A program made the translations under genes and the position numbers. From Acidaminococcaceae bacterium (GTDB lineage: Bacteria > Actinomycetota > Coriobacteriia > Coriobacteriales > QAMH01), in the NCBI GenBank assembly GCA_963592385.1, contig CAVAWX010000004.1, positions 1-45,251 on the forward strand: a stretch of DNA of 45,251 bases, given 5' to 3'. This document shows positions 45,124 to 45,251 of the stretch, piece by piece (positions within the stretch are counted from its first letter, which is position 1; the number at the start of each line of letters is the position of its first letter). The notes below the pieces were generated by a model. It saw nothing but the letters and a program-made list of their open reading frames with translations, was not told the origin of the DNA and searched no databases.

Positions 45124-45251
45124 GCGCCCATTGTAGCCGCCGCCCGGCTGCCGCGCGGGGCGCCGCCGCAGACGGACGCGGGCGCGTCGTTGCGCGGCCT
45201 CTCCCACGCGCCGCTGTGCGGCCTACTTCACGCACCGGGCGCCGCGCGCGG

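Noticed and set aside
45124-45251. A possible end of a minus-strand gene entering from the right edge (stop at 45223-45225, ...ARGARCVK).
   Set aside because: Only 8 codons are visible. There is no way to tell it apart from a shadow frame.

Overview
This is a high-GC, gene-dense chromosomal window. Spot counts on single 60-nt lines give roughly 65-75% GC in core genes. I call 36 protein-coding genes and 2 tRNAs. All but two genes (uvrA and one small ORF) lie on the minus strand. The gene content is mostly housekeeping:
- purF-purM-purN, headed by a LytTR-type response regulator
- purA, dnaB and asd
- a complete elongasome operon (mreB-mreC-mreD-mrdA-rodA) followed by two uncharacterised genes
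- ndk, a cyclophilin, glmM, murJ, cydAB and uvrA
- a polyprenyl synthase, two transporters (FNT and NSS families) and a TagG/TagH-like ABC exporter cluster

The content and low-complexity style suggest a high-GC Actinomycetota genome, possibly Coriobacteriia. That is inference only. I found no CRISPR array, transposase, integrase, prophage or rRNA.

I did not find a multi-gene cassette that I can confidently call a new system. The loci most worth a second look are:
1. A >998-codon minus-strand ORF at the left edge, missing from the supplied ORF track because it has no stop in the window. It is an M28-like membrane module fused to a giant acidic disordered tail.
2. A solitary HipA-like kinase gene with its own promoter and no antitoxin-like partner.
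3. A DUF697-like plus stand-alone DUF2344-like gene pair overlapping the end of rodA.
4. A LytTR response regulator 8 nt upstream of purF with no kinase nearby.
5. A 131-aa unknown protein translationally coupled to a polyprenyl synthase.
6. Several non-coding repeat or palindrome structures: a DnaA-box pair upstream of dnaB, nested repeats in the uvrA leader, an 18-bp perfect palindrome, and in-frame tandem repeats in purN and cydA.

All family assignments come from reading motifs by eye. No homology search was run. Many long ORFs in the track are GC-driven shadow frames and were rejected.
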